A DNA stretch of 64,000 bases from Anaerolineaceae bacterium (lineage in GTDB: Bacteria; Chloroflexota; Anaerolineae; Anaerolineales; Anaerolineaceae): NCBI GenBank assembly GCA_034430175.1, contig DAOUFI010000023.1:16592-80591 (forward strand), written 5' to 3'. This document shows positions 44,092 to 53,635 of this stretch, in pieces. The notes under the pieces were generated by a model, which saw only the letters and a program-made list of their open reading frames with translations, searched no databases and was not told the origin of the DNA. How positions within the stretch are numbered: position 1 is the stretch's first letter; every line of letters starts with the position of its first letter. A program made the translations under genes and the position numbers.

Positions 44092-44772
44092 ATGTCAAAA
44101 AAAATACTTATCGTGGATGATGAACCAAAGATTGTAGAAATTTGCCGAGATTACTTGAAAGCTGCCTTCTTTGACACAGTGATAGCAAGCGATGGGCCAT
44201 CAGCTCTGGCAGCTGTGGAGCGTGAGAATCCTGATCTGATCATTCTGGATCTCATGCTCCCCGGTATGGATGGATTGGATGTTTGCCGAGAAATTCGCCG
44301 TGAACATAACACCCCCATCATCATGCTGACCGCCAGAGTGGATGAAGCGGATAAACTGATCGGGCTTGAACTAGGCGCGGATGATTACATGACCAAGCCT
44401 TTCAGCCCGCGTGAACTGGTCACGCGCGTTCGTACGGTTTTACGACGAGTCACCGGCAACTCCCCGGCGGAGATTATTCGCGTGAGTGATCTGACGCTTG
44501 ACCGCAACCGTTATGTGGCGATTCTTCCAGAAGGTGAGGTATCATTGACTCCCACGGAATTTGAGATTCTGGCCACATTGGCCAGCCAGCCTGGAAGGAT
44601 TTTTTCCCGATCTCAATTACTGGTAGCTGTGCGTGGTGTGGCTTTTGAAAGCTATGAACGCGCCATTGATTCGCATATCCGCAACCTGCGCAGAAAGCTG
44701 GAACCTGCGGAAGGTGAACCGAAATACATCATCACGGTGCACGGAGTAGGTTACAAATTCGCCGGCAGGTAA
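44092..44772 (+). CDS. OmpR-family response regulator
   Basis: Receiver domain (ILIVDDE...DLIILDLMLPGMDG...TKPF) plus a winged-helix output domain (TVHGVGYKF). Confidence 0.92.
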   Translation: MSKKILIVDDEPKIVEICRDYLKAAFFDTVIASDGPSALAAVERENPDLIILDLMLPGMDGLDVCREIRREHNTPIIMLTARVDEADKLIGLELGADDYMTKPFSPRELVTRVRTVLRRVTGNSPAEIIRVSDLTLDRNRYVAILPEGEVSLTPTEFEILATLASQPGRIFSRSQLLVAVRGVAFESYERAIDSHIRNLRRKLEPAEGEPKYIITVHGVGYKFAGR

Positions 44773-44773
44773 T

Positions 44774-46156
44774 ATGGGAAAATTGGCGCAAAATTCAGTA
44801 AAGGATATTCGACGACGATTGCTCTTTGTCATCCTCAGGGCTTTAATCATCGTGGTCGTTTTGATGGTTCTGGGCATTCTCTCGACCACGACTTATGAGC
44901 TCAACAATAAAGCCAAGGGGAATCCGTTCTATCGCTCTCCCAGTGGAATGCTGTTAGAAGCTTATTACATCGGTCATGGCAGTTGGGATGGCGTTGGTGT
45001 TCTGGTCAGCAATGTTGAAAACCCGGAAAGTGGTTTCATATCCCAGGACTGGTCCAACTCGATCGTCATCGATGATAACAGCATCGTGCTCATCGATCAT
45101 GGACGGACAGATACCTATTTGGTTGGACAAAAATATAACCCTCCGGAAGGCGCGCCGGTTTCACAGCTCAAGGTGAATGGAAAGATCGTGGGTGGCATCA
45201 TTAACGATCCCCAAGACCTCCCTCATCCCTTAAAATTAACTTTCTCGGTTATCAATCCGATCGCTCAAATTTCAATCGGTGTGGCAATTTTTGCGATCGT
45301 TTTAGGCATCCTGTTGACACAAAGGGTGGTCAACCCGATTGCAGAAGTCATTTCAGCGGCTGAGAAAGTATCGCGTGGAGATCTGACAACTCGCATTGCC
45401 ACCAAAAAAGGGAACGATGATCTCTCAGCACTGGTCAATCATTTTAATGATATGACAGAGGCACTTGAGAAAAATGACATCGAACGGCGCCAATTACTGG
45501 CGGATATTGCGCATGAGCTGCGAACTCCGCTGGCAGTGCTGCGCGGACGTCTTGAGGGAATCGTGGATGGTATTTACCCGATCAATGATGTCAGCATCGC
45601 GCCGGCTCTGGAGGAAACCTATCTCCTGGAACGGCTGGTGGAAGACCTTCGGTTGCTCACCCTGGCAGAAACGCGTAAACTGCATTTCGAGTTAAGGGAA
45701 TTGGATATTACCCGTTTGATCGAAAAAGTGGTCAATGTATTTGAGCCACAGGCTGCGGAAAAACAGATCAACCTGAAATCCGAGTTTTCAGGAGATCTGC
45801 CAAAAACCTGGGCAGATCCACAGCGGGTGGAACAAATCATTGGTAACATTATCGATAACGCGCTGAATTACTCGCGCGAGAATTCCACCATTCGGATCAT
45901 CACTGAGCCTTTTGTCAAAGGTGTTCGTGTTTCAGTGATCGACCAGGGGAATGGCGTGCCAAATGAGGAAGTCGACAAGATCTTTGACCGTTTTTATCGT
46001 AGTGAGAAGAGCCGCGCAAGGGCTTCGGGTGGCGCTGGATTGGGATTGGCAATTGTCAAGCAACTGGTAGAGGGTCAGGGCGGATCCGTGGGCGCTGAAA
46101 ACCACCCGGACGGAGGCCTCTGTGTCTGGTTTACCCTGCCAGAAAAGCCTGAGTGA
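44774..46156 (+). CDS. sensor histidine kinase (HAMP-HisKA-HATPase_c)
   Basis: Two TM segments flanking a sensor loop of about 140 aa, a HAMP domain, the H-box ADIAHELRTPL, an N box and G boxes (DQGNG, GGAGLGLAI). Confidence 0.9.
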   Translation: MGKLAQNSVKDIRRRLLFVILRALIIVVVLMVLGILSTTTYELNNKAKGNPFYRSPSGMLLEAYYIGHGSWDGVGVLVSNVENPESGFISQDWSNSIVIDDNSIVLIDHGRTDTYLVGQKYNPPEGAPVSQLKVNGKIVGGIINDPQDLPHPLKLTFSVINPIAQISIGVAIFAIVLGILLTQRVVNPIAEVISAAEKVSRGDLTTRIATKKGNDDLSALVNHFNDMTEALEKNDIERRQLLADIAHELRTPLAVLRGRLEGIVDGIYPINDVSIAPALEETYLLERLVEDLRLLTLAETRKLHFELRELDITRLIEKVVNVFEPQAAEKQINLKSEFSGDLPKTWADPQRVEQIIGNIIDNALNYSRENSTIRIITEPFVKGVRVSVIDQGNGVPNEEVDKIFDRFYRSEKSRARASGGAGLGLAIVKQLVEGQGGSVGAENHPDGGLCVWFTLPEKPE

Positions 46157-46170
46157 TCTTCATGAACAAA

Positions 46171-46204
46171 GAAATGGAACGGACACCCCGTTCCATTTCT
46201 TTTG
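46171..46204 (+). terminator. intrinsic terminator after the two-component system
   Basis: gaaatggaacgg-acacc-ccgttccatttc followed by TTTTG. Confidence 0.75.
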
Positions 46205-46293
46205 ATAAATAATTTCCGTTTTTTATCTGACTGTCAGTAAGCGCATTTGTCGATATAATCTTCTTGTCCAAATCCAAAACGCGGAGCGTTGAC

Positions 46294-47517
46294 ATGGAAA
46301 AGAAAGAATTCAAGCTTTATCCGTACCGCTGGGTGATCCTGGCGGTATTCATGTTCATTAATCTGACGATTCAAATCCTCTGGATCAGCTACGCACCAAT
46401 CGCAAGCGCTGCGGCTGATTATTACAGTACCACCCCTGAGGCGATCAATTTCCTCGCAATGACTTTCATGATCGCCTTTATCCCGCTGTCGATCCCCGTT
46501 TCCTGGGCGATCGATAAATTTGGTTTTACCAAAACAGTTGGGCTTGGTGCCATCCTCATGAGCGTATTCGGTGTCCTGCGCGGAGCCACTGGCGATAATT
46601 ACACCATAGTGCTCATCAGCACGATCGGTATCGCCGTCGCTCAACCTTTCCTGCTCAATGCCTGGACGACTGTGCCGGCCAAATGGTTCAATACCGAATT
46701 TCGTGCCACGGCTGTGGGATTGATCACAATTTCCAACCTGATCGGCACTGCCATCGGTCAGGTGCTCACTCCGGTGCTTACCGACACGATGGGCATTTCC
46801 ATTCCGAGGGTGCAGTTGATCTATGGCTGTGTCGCGGCTTTTTCTGGGTTGTTGTTTCTGATCTTTGCCCGCGAAAAACCCGCCACACCGCCCTGCCCTG
46901 CCGGTATGGAAGTTCGCTCGCTCATGTTGGACGGGCTGAAGAATGCCCTCAAGAACCGCATGTTCTGGTTCTATCTCATTGTTTCGTTCATCGGCATGGG
47001 TATCTTTAATGGAGTGATGACCCTGGTGGAAATGATCATCAAACCACGCGGTTTTAGCTCGATTGACAACGGCCTCGTCGGCGCGTTGATGCTTGTTGGC
47101 GGGCTTGTCGGCGCCGTGGTCATCCCGCCGTTCTCCGACCGCACTCACAAGCGTAAACGCTACCTGCTGTTGGGGATGGCAGCCGCCATTCCCTTTATGT
47201 TTGGCTTGACTTTTGCCACCACCCCCTGGCTGCTCTACATTTCCGCATTCGCGCTTGGATTTTTTATCACCAGTATGAGCCCGGTGGGGATGCAATACAC
47301 GGCTGAGATCACCTGGCCCACTCCCGAAGGCACCAGCAACGGGCTCATCCAGCTATTCGGGCAGGCTGCGGTTGTCTTTGTCTACCTCATGCAGGTGATG
47401 AAAGACAAGAACGGTACGTTGACCCCTGCCATGCTGCTTGCGGTTGGTTTGATGCTGGTCAGTGTGTTCCTTTTGACGCGTTTGAAGGATCCGGATGTTC
47501 TAAAGAAGGCGGAATAG
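46294..47517 (+). CDS. MFS transporter, paralog A (FLVCR/OFA-like subgroup)
   Basis: 12 TM. MEKKEFKLYPYRWVILAVFMF... aligns along its whole length with the product of 50059-51312. Start is ATG 46294, whereas the track starts at TTG 46264. Confidence 0.8.
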   Translation: MEKKEFKLYPYRWVILAVFMFINLTIQILWISYAPIASAAADYYSTTPEAINFLAMTFMIAFIPLSIPVSWAIDKFGFTKTVGLGAILMSVFGVLRGATGDNYTIVLISTIGIAVAQPFLLNAWTTVPAKWFNTEFRATAVGLITISNLIGTAIGQVLTPVLTDTMGISIPRVQLIYGCVAAFSGLLFLIFAREKPATPPCPAGMEVRSLMLDGLKNALKNRMFWFYLIVSFIGMGIFNGVMTLVEMIIKPRGFSSIDNGLVGALMLVGGLVGAVVIPPFSDRTHKRKRYLLLGMAAAIPFMFGLTFATTPWLLYISAFALGFFITSMSPVGMQYTAEITWPTPEGTSNGLIQLFGQAAVVFVYLMQVMKDKNGTLTPAMLLAVGLMLVSVFLLTRLKDPDVLKKAE

Positions 47518-47518
47518 T

Positions 47519-49093
47519 ATGAGTAGCGAACCCTGTTTCCTCGCGGTTGACCTGGGGACTTCCGGCTGCAAGACCGCGTTGGTCACTCTGAGCGGGCGTG
47601 TGCTGGGTTGGGAATTCATCGAGGTACCGATGCATATCCTACCAAACGGTGGCGCTGAACAGGACCCACGCGATTGGTGGAACGCTTTTCTGCTGACCTC
47701 GCGAAAGCTGATTGGCAAGGGATTGGTTGAGGTTGAATCCATTCAGGCAGTCTGCTGTTCCACCCAGGGGGAGGGCACCGTCGCGGTCGACCGAGACGGC
47801 AACGCCTTAATGAATTGCGTACTGTGGATGGATATGCGTGGAGCCCGACACCTGAAGAAAATCACCGGCGGTGCCCCCGAGTTAGCGGGATACAACGCGG
47901 CTAAACTCATGCGTTGGATCAACCTGACCGGCGGTGCGCCTTCGTTGACTGGCAAGGATCCTGCGGCGCACATGCTCTTCATCCGCGACGAGTATCCTGA
48001 TATCTACGCGATGACATACAAGTTCCTGAACGTGCTCGATTACATGAACCTGTGTCTTACCGGTCGGTTCACCGCCACCCCCGATTCGATCCTCACTTCG
48101 TGGGTGACCGATAACCGTGATTCGCGCAACGTAAAGTACGCGCAGGTACTGCTGGCCAACTGCGGCATCGATCCCGATAAATTCCCCGAGATCATTCCAT
48201 GCAATGCCATTGTCGGTGAGTTGAAGGGCAGTGTCGCTGAAGCCATCGGACTGAAAGCCGGCGTCAAGGTGGTGGCTGGCGCTATCGATACCACTTCGGC
48301 GGCTATTGGCTCAGGGGCTGTCAAAGATTATGAGGGGCATCTCTATATCGGTACTTCCTCCTGGATGGCCACTCATGTACCGTTCAAGAAAACCGATCTC
48401 GCCAGTTCGCTGGCGTCCGTACCCTGTGCCATCCCTGGTAAATACCTGATGATCATCATGCAGACCACCGCGGGCGGCAACCTGAATTACCTGCGTGACA
48501 AGATCCTCTATCACAAAGACGAATTACTGCAGGAAGAACACGTCCCCGACGTGTACCGCATCATGGATCGCATTGCCGAGCGTGTGCCAGCCGGCAGCCA
48601 CGGCGTGATCTACACTCCCTGGCTGTTCGGGGAGCGCTCGCCCATCGAAGACAAGAGTGTGCGCGCGTCGATCTTCAACCTCTCGCTCGAAAACTCGCGC
48701 GAAGACATCATCCGCGCCGTGCTCGAAGGTGTGGCGCTCAATACCCGCTGGATGCTCAACCCGGCAGAGAAGTTTCTGGGACGCAAGATCGAGGCCCTCA
48801 ACTTCGTCGGCGGCGGCGCCAAGTCGCGCGTTTGGTGCCAGATCTTCGCAGACGTGATGAACATAACCATCCGCCAGGTCAAGGATCCCATCGAGGTTAA
48901 CGCCAAAGGCGCGGCCTTTATTGCTGCCGAAGCGCTGGGCTTGCTCAAGTTCGAGGAGTTGGAGAGCCGGGTGGAGTTTGAGAACATTTACACCCCCGAT
49001 CCCAAGAACCGCGCGATCTACGACAAGATATTTGGTGAATTTGTGCGATATTACAACCAGACCAAAGAAATTTACAAGCGTTTGAATGGGTAA
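47519..49093 (+). CDS. FGGY family carbohydrate kinase (xylulokinase-like)
   Basis: The N-terminal LAVDLGTSGCKTAL ATPase motif, 524 aa and the FGGY_N/FGGY_C architecture (GGGAKS). Confidence 0.85.
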   Translation: MSSEPCFLAVDLGTSGCKTALVTLSGRVLGWEFIEVPMHILPNGGAEQDPRDWWNAFLLTSRKLIGKGLVEVESIQAVCCSTQGEGTVAVDRDGNALMNCVLWMDMRGARHLKKITGGAPELAGYNAAKLMRWINLTGGAPSLTGKDPAAHMLFIRDEYPDIYAMTYKFLNVLDYMNLCLTGRFTATPDSILTSWVTDNRDSRNVKYAQVLLANCGIDPDKFPEIIPCNAIVGELKGSVAEAIGLKAGVKVVAGAIDTTSAAIGSGAVKDYEGHLYIGTSSWMATHVPFKKTDLASSLASVPCAIPGKYLMIIMQTTAGGNLNYLRDKILYHKDELLQEEHVPDVYRIMDRIAERVPAGSHGVIYTPWLFGERSPIEDKSVRASIFNLSLENSREDIIRAVLEGVALNTRWMLNPAEKFLGRKIEALNFVGGGAKSRVWCQIFADVMNITIRQVKDPIEVNAKGAAFIAAEALGLLKFEELESRVEFENIYTPDPKNRAIYDKIFGEFVRYYNQTKEIYKRLNG

Positions 49094-49115
49094 ATATTGG
49101 CGTAGCTAAATAATT

Positions 49116-49150
49116 GTTGGGGCACGATATATCGTGCCCCAACAGGTTTT
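49116..49150. terminator. palindromic hairpin between convergent kinase and aldolase genes
   Basis: gttggggcacgat-at-atcgtgccccaac (13-bp arms) is followed by aggTTTT on the plus strand and by AATTATTT on the minus strand. Confidence 0.55.
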
Positions 49151-49164
49151 AATTCAAGAACAAC

Positions 49165-49842
49165 TTATTGGATCCGGTTCAGATCTTCGGTTTTCTTCTC
49201 ATCCTTACGTAGCATGGCGAACGCCAGTTCGCGGAACACATCCGGCACCTTCGTTACCTTCTTTTCTGTGCACAGTGCCAGGATGTAGGTAATGGCGCAT
49301 TTTTCCAGCAACTGGACATTGAAGATGGTGCGGTCAGGGTCGGGGCCGAGCAACAGCGCGCCGTGGTTTTGCATGATGTAGGCGTTGGCTTTATTGCTCA
49401 GGCGTTTGGCTACACTGTTCTTCAGGAACGGCGTACCTGAGGGGGCGTAATCGACGATCTCAACCGAGCGTCCCAGGAAACGGACCTGCTCGTCGTAGAG
49501 CGCGGGGATGGGTGTGTGGGTGAGCGCCAGCGCGCTGGCGTAGACCTGGTGGGTGTGGATGACGCAATTCGTGTCCGCTCGTTTTTCATAGATGGCCGCG
49601 TGCATACCGCTTTCCACGGAGGGCTTGAAGTTACTCTCGATCACTGTCATATCCCAGCCAAGGACGCATATATCATCAGGAGTCATTTTAGTGTAATCAT
49701 AATTGCTGCGGGTGATGGCGAACGCTTTTTGCCCCTGCACGCGCACCGACACGTTGCCGCCGGTCCCCATCAAAATGCCCTTGGCGATCAGTTTCTTGCA
49801 AATTTCAACAACGGTTTCTTTGGCTTGCTGGATCTCATTCAT
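49165..49842 (-). CDS. class II aldolase/adducin-domain protein (fuculose-1-P aldolase / ribulose-5-P 4-epimerase-like)
   Basis: GTGGNVSVR phosphate-binding motif, ES..H and HTH metal ligands (PSVESGMH, VIHTHQ), 225 aa. Confidence 0.85.
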   Translation of the reverse strand: MNEIQQAKETVVEICKKLIAKGILMGTGGNVSVRVQGQKAFAITRSNYDYTKMTPDDICVLGWDMTVIESNFKPSVESGMHAAIYEKRADTNCVIHTHQVYASALALTHTPIPALYDEQVRFLGRSVEIVDYAPSGTPFLKNSVAKRLSNKANAYIMQNHGALLLGPDPDRTIFNVQLLEKCAITYILALCTEKKVTKVPDVFRELAFAMLRKDEKKTEDLNRIQ

Positions 49843-50058
49843 GGGTTCACCTGTTGTTATTTAATATTTACATTTCAGATTATAGTCCAGCCATACCCGC
49901 GCGCGCGTCTCTGGACTGCGGAAGTTAAATAAATTCCGCGAATTGTACCTTTTAACATATCAGCGGTTACTGTGTTGCAACTTTCCATAACCACGGGGGT
50001 TAGTAATTAGCGAGTGGTAAAATCACTCAGATCCCTTTTTACCAAGAAAGAGCCTGTC

Positions 50059-51312
50059 ATGCCAAAAGAACAAGAGTATCGTCTTTATCCATACCGTTGG
50101 GTTGCGCTGGCTGTCTTTATGTTTGTCAACCTGATGGTGCAATTATTATGGGTTTCGTATTCTCCAATCACCAAACAGGCAGCCGAATTCTACGGTGTGA
50201 CCGATAACAAGATCGGACATCTGGCTATGTCGTTCATGGTTGTCTATGTCATCCTTTCCATCCCCATTTCGTGGGCAATCGATAGATTTGGCTTCCGCAA
50301 GGCGGTGGGTTTTGGAGCTTTGCTGATGGGTGTATTTGGTTTGTTGCGTGGATTCGCTGGCCCCAATTACACGCTGGTGATGCTGTGCTCGATTGGTATT
50401 GGTATCGGTCAGCCCTTCCTCATGAACTCGTGGACGACGCTTCCAGCACGTTGGTTCGAGAAAGGATTCCGCGCCACCGCTGTGGGTCTGGTGACACTTT
50501 CGGGACTGATCGGTATTGCCCTGGGCATGGTCATCACCCCGGCTCTTGAAGCTACCATCCGTATCGATATCATCCAGATGGCTTACGGTGCCGTGGCTCT
50601 GTTCTCTGCCTTTGTGTTCATTATTTTAGCGCGGGATAATCCCCCCACGCCACCCAGCCGTGAGAGCGCCGACGACCGCGCGCTCGTGCTGGATGGCTTG
50701 AAAAGCGCCTTGAGTAATAAGATGTTCTGGCTGCTCGTCTTTATCCAATTCCTCGGTATGGCCATTTTCAACGGCCTCACCACCAGGATCGAACCGATCT
50801 TTCGCAACCGCGGTATTGACTCCACTCACGCCGGCGACCTCGGCGCCCTCATCCTGGTGGGTGGTATCATTGGCGCGATTGTATTGCCAGCCTTTTCCGA
50901 TCAGTTGAGAAAACGGAAGATGTTCTTATTCATCGGTGTGGCATCCTCTATTCCATTTCTGATCGCATTAACCTTCATTCCATCATACCCGCTGTTGATG
51001 GTTTGCGCTTTCTTGATGGGCTTTTTTCTGGTCAGCGCCAGCCCCATCGCCATGCAGTTTGCCACGGAGATTACTTTTCCAACCCCGGAGGGCACTTCGA
51101 ACGGCTTGATGCAGTTATTCGGGCAAATCTCGGTGGTCTTCGTTTACATCATGGAAGTGATGCGTACTCCTGATGGCTCGTTCACGCCTTCTTTATTGCT
51201 GGCCGCGGTTTTATTGGTAATTTGCGTGGGAACAATCACTTTCCTGAAGGATCCAGATTTTTCGTCCAAAACGGTCGACGAGACGGTCATCCAATCCTCT
51301 GAAATCGCATAA
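50059..51312 (+). CDS. MFS transporter, paralog B (FLVCR/OFA-like subgroup)
   Basis: MPKEQEYRLYPYRWVALAVFMF... is collinear with paralog A, roughly half identical by eye. Start is ATG 50059. Confidence 0.8.
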   Translation: MPKEQEYRLYPYRWVALAVFMFVNLMVQLLWVSYSPITKQAAEFYGVTDNKIGHLAMSFMVVYVILSIPISWAIDRFGFRKAVGFGALLMGVFGLLRGFAGPNYTLVMLCSIGIGIGQPFLMNSWTTLPARWFEKGFRATAVGLVTLSGLIGIALGMVITPALEATIRIDIIQMAYGAVALFSAFVFIILARDNPPTPPSRESADDRALVLDGLKSALSNKMFWLLVFIQFLGMAIFNGLTTRIEPIFRNRGIDSTHAGDLGALILVGGIIGAIVLPAFSDQLRKRKMFLFIGVASSIPFLIALTFIPSYPLLMVCAFLMGFFLVSASPIAMQFATEITFPTPEGTSNGLMQLFGQISVVFVYIMEVMRTPDGSFTPSLLLAAVLLVICVGTITFLKDPDFSSKTVDETVIQSSEIA

Positions 51313-51326
51313 CGATTGAGGTAAAA

Positions 51327-52193
51327 ATGGGTTGGCTCTTACTTGTTTCACTTGCATGGGCATTTTCATTCGGGTTGATCAAGACCAATCTGACCGCGAT
51401 TGACTCCAACTTTGTCTCCTTCGCGCGTATGGCTTTTGCCTTGCTGGTATTCCTGCCTTTCGTGAAATTCAAGAGAATTGGCTCCAGGTTAGGCTGGAAA
51501 CTGGCTCTGGCAGGAATGGTCGAATTTGGCATTATGTACATTGCCTATATTGCAGCTTTTCGGTATCTGAAAGCATATGAAGTGGCGCTTTTCACTGTTT
51601 TCACACCCATCTATGTGGCGTTGATCGACGATGCCATCGAAAAGAAATTTAACGCGCTTTATCTCGTCACCGCCGCGTTGGCCGTGGTGGGCACATGGGT
51701 GGTGAAGTCGGGGCAACCTCTTTCATCTTCGATCTGGCTTGGATTCCTGCTGGTGCAGGTCTCGAACTTGGCTTTCGCCTTTGGGCAGGTCTTTTACCGT
51801 AAGGTAATGGCCGGGACGACCGGTCTACGCGACCAGGATGTTTTTGGTGTGCTGTATCTTGGCGCAGCCGCGATCACTGCGCTGGCAACTCTTCTCTTTG
51901 TGCCAGTTAAGAACATTCAGGTAACCCCACCGCAGTTTTGGACACTAGTTTATCTCGGTGTGTTCGCCTCGGGTTTTTGTTTCTTCTTGTGGAACCTCGG
52001 CGCGCGCAAGGTGAATACCGGAGCGTTAGCGATCTTCAACGACCTGAAGGTACCGCTCTCGATCCTGGTATCCCTGGTGGTGTTTGGTGAACAGACCAAC
52101 CTGGTCAAACTCCTCATCGGCGGCAGCATCGTGGTCCTTTCACTGATATTGAATGAGCTATTGGCGAAGAGGAAAACCAGACTCGGCAATTAA
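51327..52193 (+). CDS. EamA/DMT superfamily transporter
   Basis: Ten predicted TM helices in two EamA-like halves, 288 aa. Confidence 0.7.
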   Translation: MGWLLLVSLAWAFSFGLIKTNLTAIDSNFVSFARMAFALLVFLPFVKFKRIGSRLGWKLALAGMVEFGIMYIAYIAAFRYLKAYEVALFTVFTPIYVALIDDAIEKKFNALYLVTAALAVVGTWVVKSGQPLSSSIWLGFLLVQVSNLAFAFGQVFYRKVMAGTTGLRDQDVFGVLYLGAAAITALATLLFVPVKNIQVTPPQFWTLVYLGVFASGFCFFLWNLGARKVNTGALAIFNDLKVPLSILVSLVVFGEQTNLVKLLIGGSIVVLSLILNELLAKRKTRLGN

Positions 52194-52231
52194 GGAAAAA
52201 CAGCTCCAGTATATGTCAAGAACAAATTCTT

Positions 52232-52271
52232 AAAAAATGACACCCGGTTTCTAAACTAGAAATCGGGTGTC
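52232..52271 (-). terminator. intrinsic terminator after pepT
   Basis: On the minus strand, gacacccg-(17-nt loop)-cgggtgtc is followed by ATTTTTT. Confidence 0.6.
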
Positions 52272-52289
52272 TGCTAGGTACGTTTGATT

Positions 52290-53519
52290 CTAGTAGCGCT
52301 TAGCAGCTACTTCGGCAATCTTCGCGATCATCTCCGCGCCTTTTTCCAGGGCGGAAGTTGGGATACATTCATATCGACCGTGGGCGAACATGCCGCCGGT
52401 GAACAGGTTGGGGCAGGGCAATCCCATGTATGAAAGGCGTGAGCCGTCTGTACCACCGCGCACGGGGATAGTGATTGGCTTAATGCCCAACTCAGCGAAG
52501 GCGGCCTGGGCCAGTTCAATGATGTGGAAGACCGGCTCGATCTTCTCGCGCATGTTGTAATACTGGTCCTTCATTTCCATCTCGAGGGTACCGGCACCGT
52601 AACGATCGTTGATCAGGTGGGCAGCCTTCTTCATCAGGGCTTTGCGCTTTTCGAAGATCTCCCGGCTGTGGTCGCGAATGATATAGATCATTTTGCAGGT
52701 TTCGATGTCGCCCTCGAAACTTAACAGGTGATAGAAACCTTCGTAGACAGCAGTATATTCAGGGCGTTCCTGTACAGGCAGAATGGCATCAAATTCGGTC
52801 GCCACATGGATGGCATTAACCATCTTGTTCTTTGCCGACCCGGGATGGACACTCTTGCCGTGTATGGTGATACGGGCTTCAGCCGCGTTGAAGGTTTCGT
52901 ACTCGAGCTCACCAATTTCACCGCCGTCGATAGTGTAGGCAAAATCGGCACCAAACTTCTTGACATCGAAGTGAGTCGCGCCTTCACCAACCTCTTCGTC
53001 GGGGGTGAAGCCAACTTTAATGGTGCCATGTTTGATTGAAGGATCGTTGATTAATTTTTCGAGCGCAGCCATGATCATGGCGATGCCGGCTTTGTCATCA
53101 GCGCCGAGCAGGGTGGTGCCGTCGCTGAAGATCATTTCCTCGCCGATATATTTTTTGAGTTCAGGGAATTCCTCGAGGGTCACGTGCATGTCCAGCTCCT
53201 TGTTTAGGAGCAGGTCCTTGCCATCGTATTTTTCAATGATCTGTGGATTGACGTTCGCTCCACTTACCTCGGGGCTCGTATCCATGTGGGCAATGAAGCC
53301 GATCACAGGTAACTTTTTGTCAGTGTTGGCAGGCAGGGTGGCCATTACATAGCAATTTTCATCCAGGCTGGCATCTTGCAGACCGAGCTCTTTTAATTCT
53401 TCGACCAATACCTTTGCCAAATCGAACTGTTTTTTTGTCGTCGGGACAGCTTGCGAGTTCATGTCTGACTGGGTGTCGATCTTTACGTATCTCAAAAAGC
53501 GTTCTTTTACTGATGTCAT
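52290..53519 (-). CDS. pepT: peptidase T (tripeptide aminopeptidase, M20B)
   Basis: The ERFLRYVKIDTQSD N-terminus, HMDT, GADDKAG and the FTPDEE motif are characteristic of PepT, 409 aa. Confidence 0.9.
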   Translation of the reverse strand: MTSVKERFLRYVKIDTQSDMNSQAVPTTKKQFDLAKVLVEELKELGLQDASLDENCYVMATLPANTDKKLPVIGFIAHMDTSPEVSGANVNPQIIEKYDGKDLLLNKELDMHVTLEEFPELKKYIGEEMIFSDGTTLLGADDKAGIAMIMAALEKLINDPSIKHGTIKVGFTPDEEVGEGATHFDVKKFGADFAYTIDGGEIGELEYETFNAAEARITIHGKSVHPGSAKNKMVNAIHVATEFDAILPVQERPEYTAVYEGFYHLLSFEGDIETCKMIYIIRDHSREIFEKRKALMKKAAHLINDRYGAGTLEMEMKDQYYNMREKIEPVFHIIELAQAAFAELGIKPITIPVRGGTDGSRLSYMGLPCPNLFTGGMFAHGRYECIPTSALEKGAEMIAKIAEVAAKRY

Positions 53520-53577
53520 TGTGTTCCTCCGGTGCGATAATTATATTCCACCTTTCAAAATTATCATCTGATCCACC

Positions 53578-53606
53578 ATTGAATTAATTGTAAAAGGTTG
53601 TATAAT
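53578..53606 (+). promoter_or_regulatory. sigma70-type promoter of the carH-like gene with TTGTA/TTGAA direct repeats
   Basis: TTGGAA, a 17-nt spacer, then TATAAT. TTGTA, TTGTA and TTGAA recur at 53588, 53598 and 53610 (10-12 bp period), overlapping the -10. This could be an operator and is tentative. Confidence 0.45.
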
Positions 53607-53635
53607 CTTTTGAAAACTGTTCGCGGGTGGAATCT

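Noticed and set aside
46234-47295. A 353-aa minus-strand ORF lying entirely antisense to the MFS paralog A gene.
   Set aside because: Its composition is dominated by His, Arg, Gly, Asp and Gln, as expected for the reverse complement of a hydrophobic membrane-protein gene. It has no RBS and no recognisable motifs, whereas the sense-strand MFS has a full-length paralog. I treated the other long antisense ORFs the same way: 3110-3847, 3931-4581, 7618-8439, 13419-13946, 22433-23038, 34811-35413, 41751-42287 and 42856-43356.
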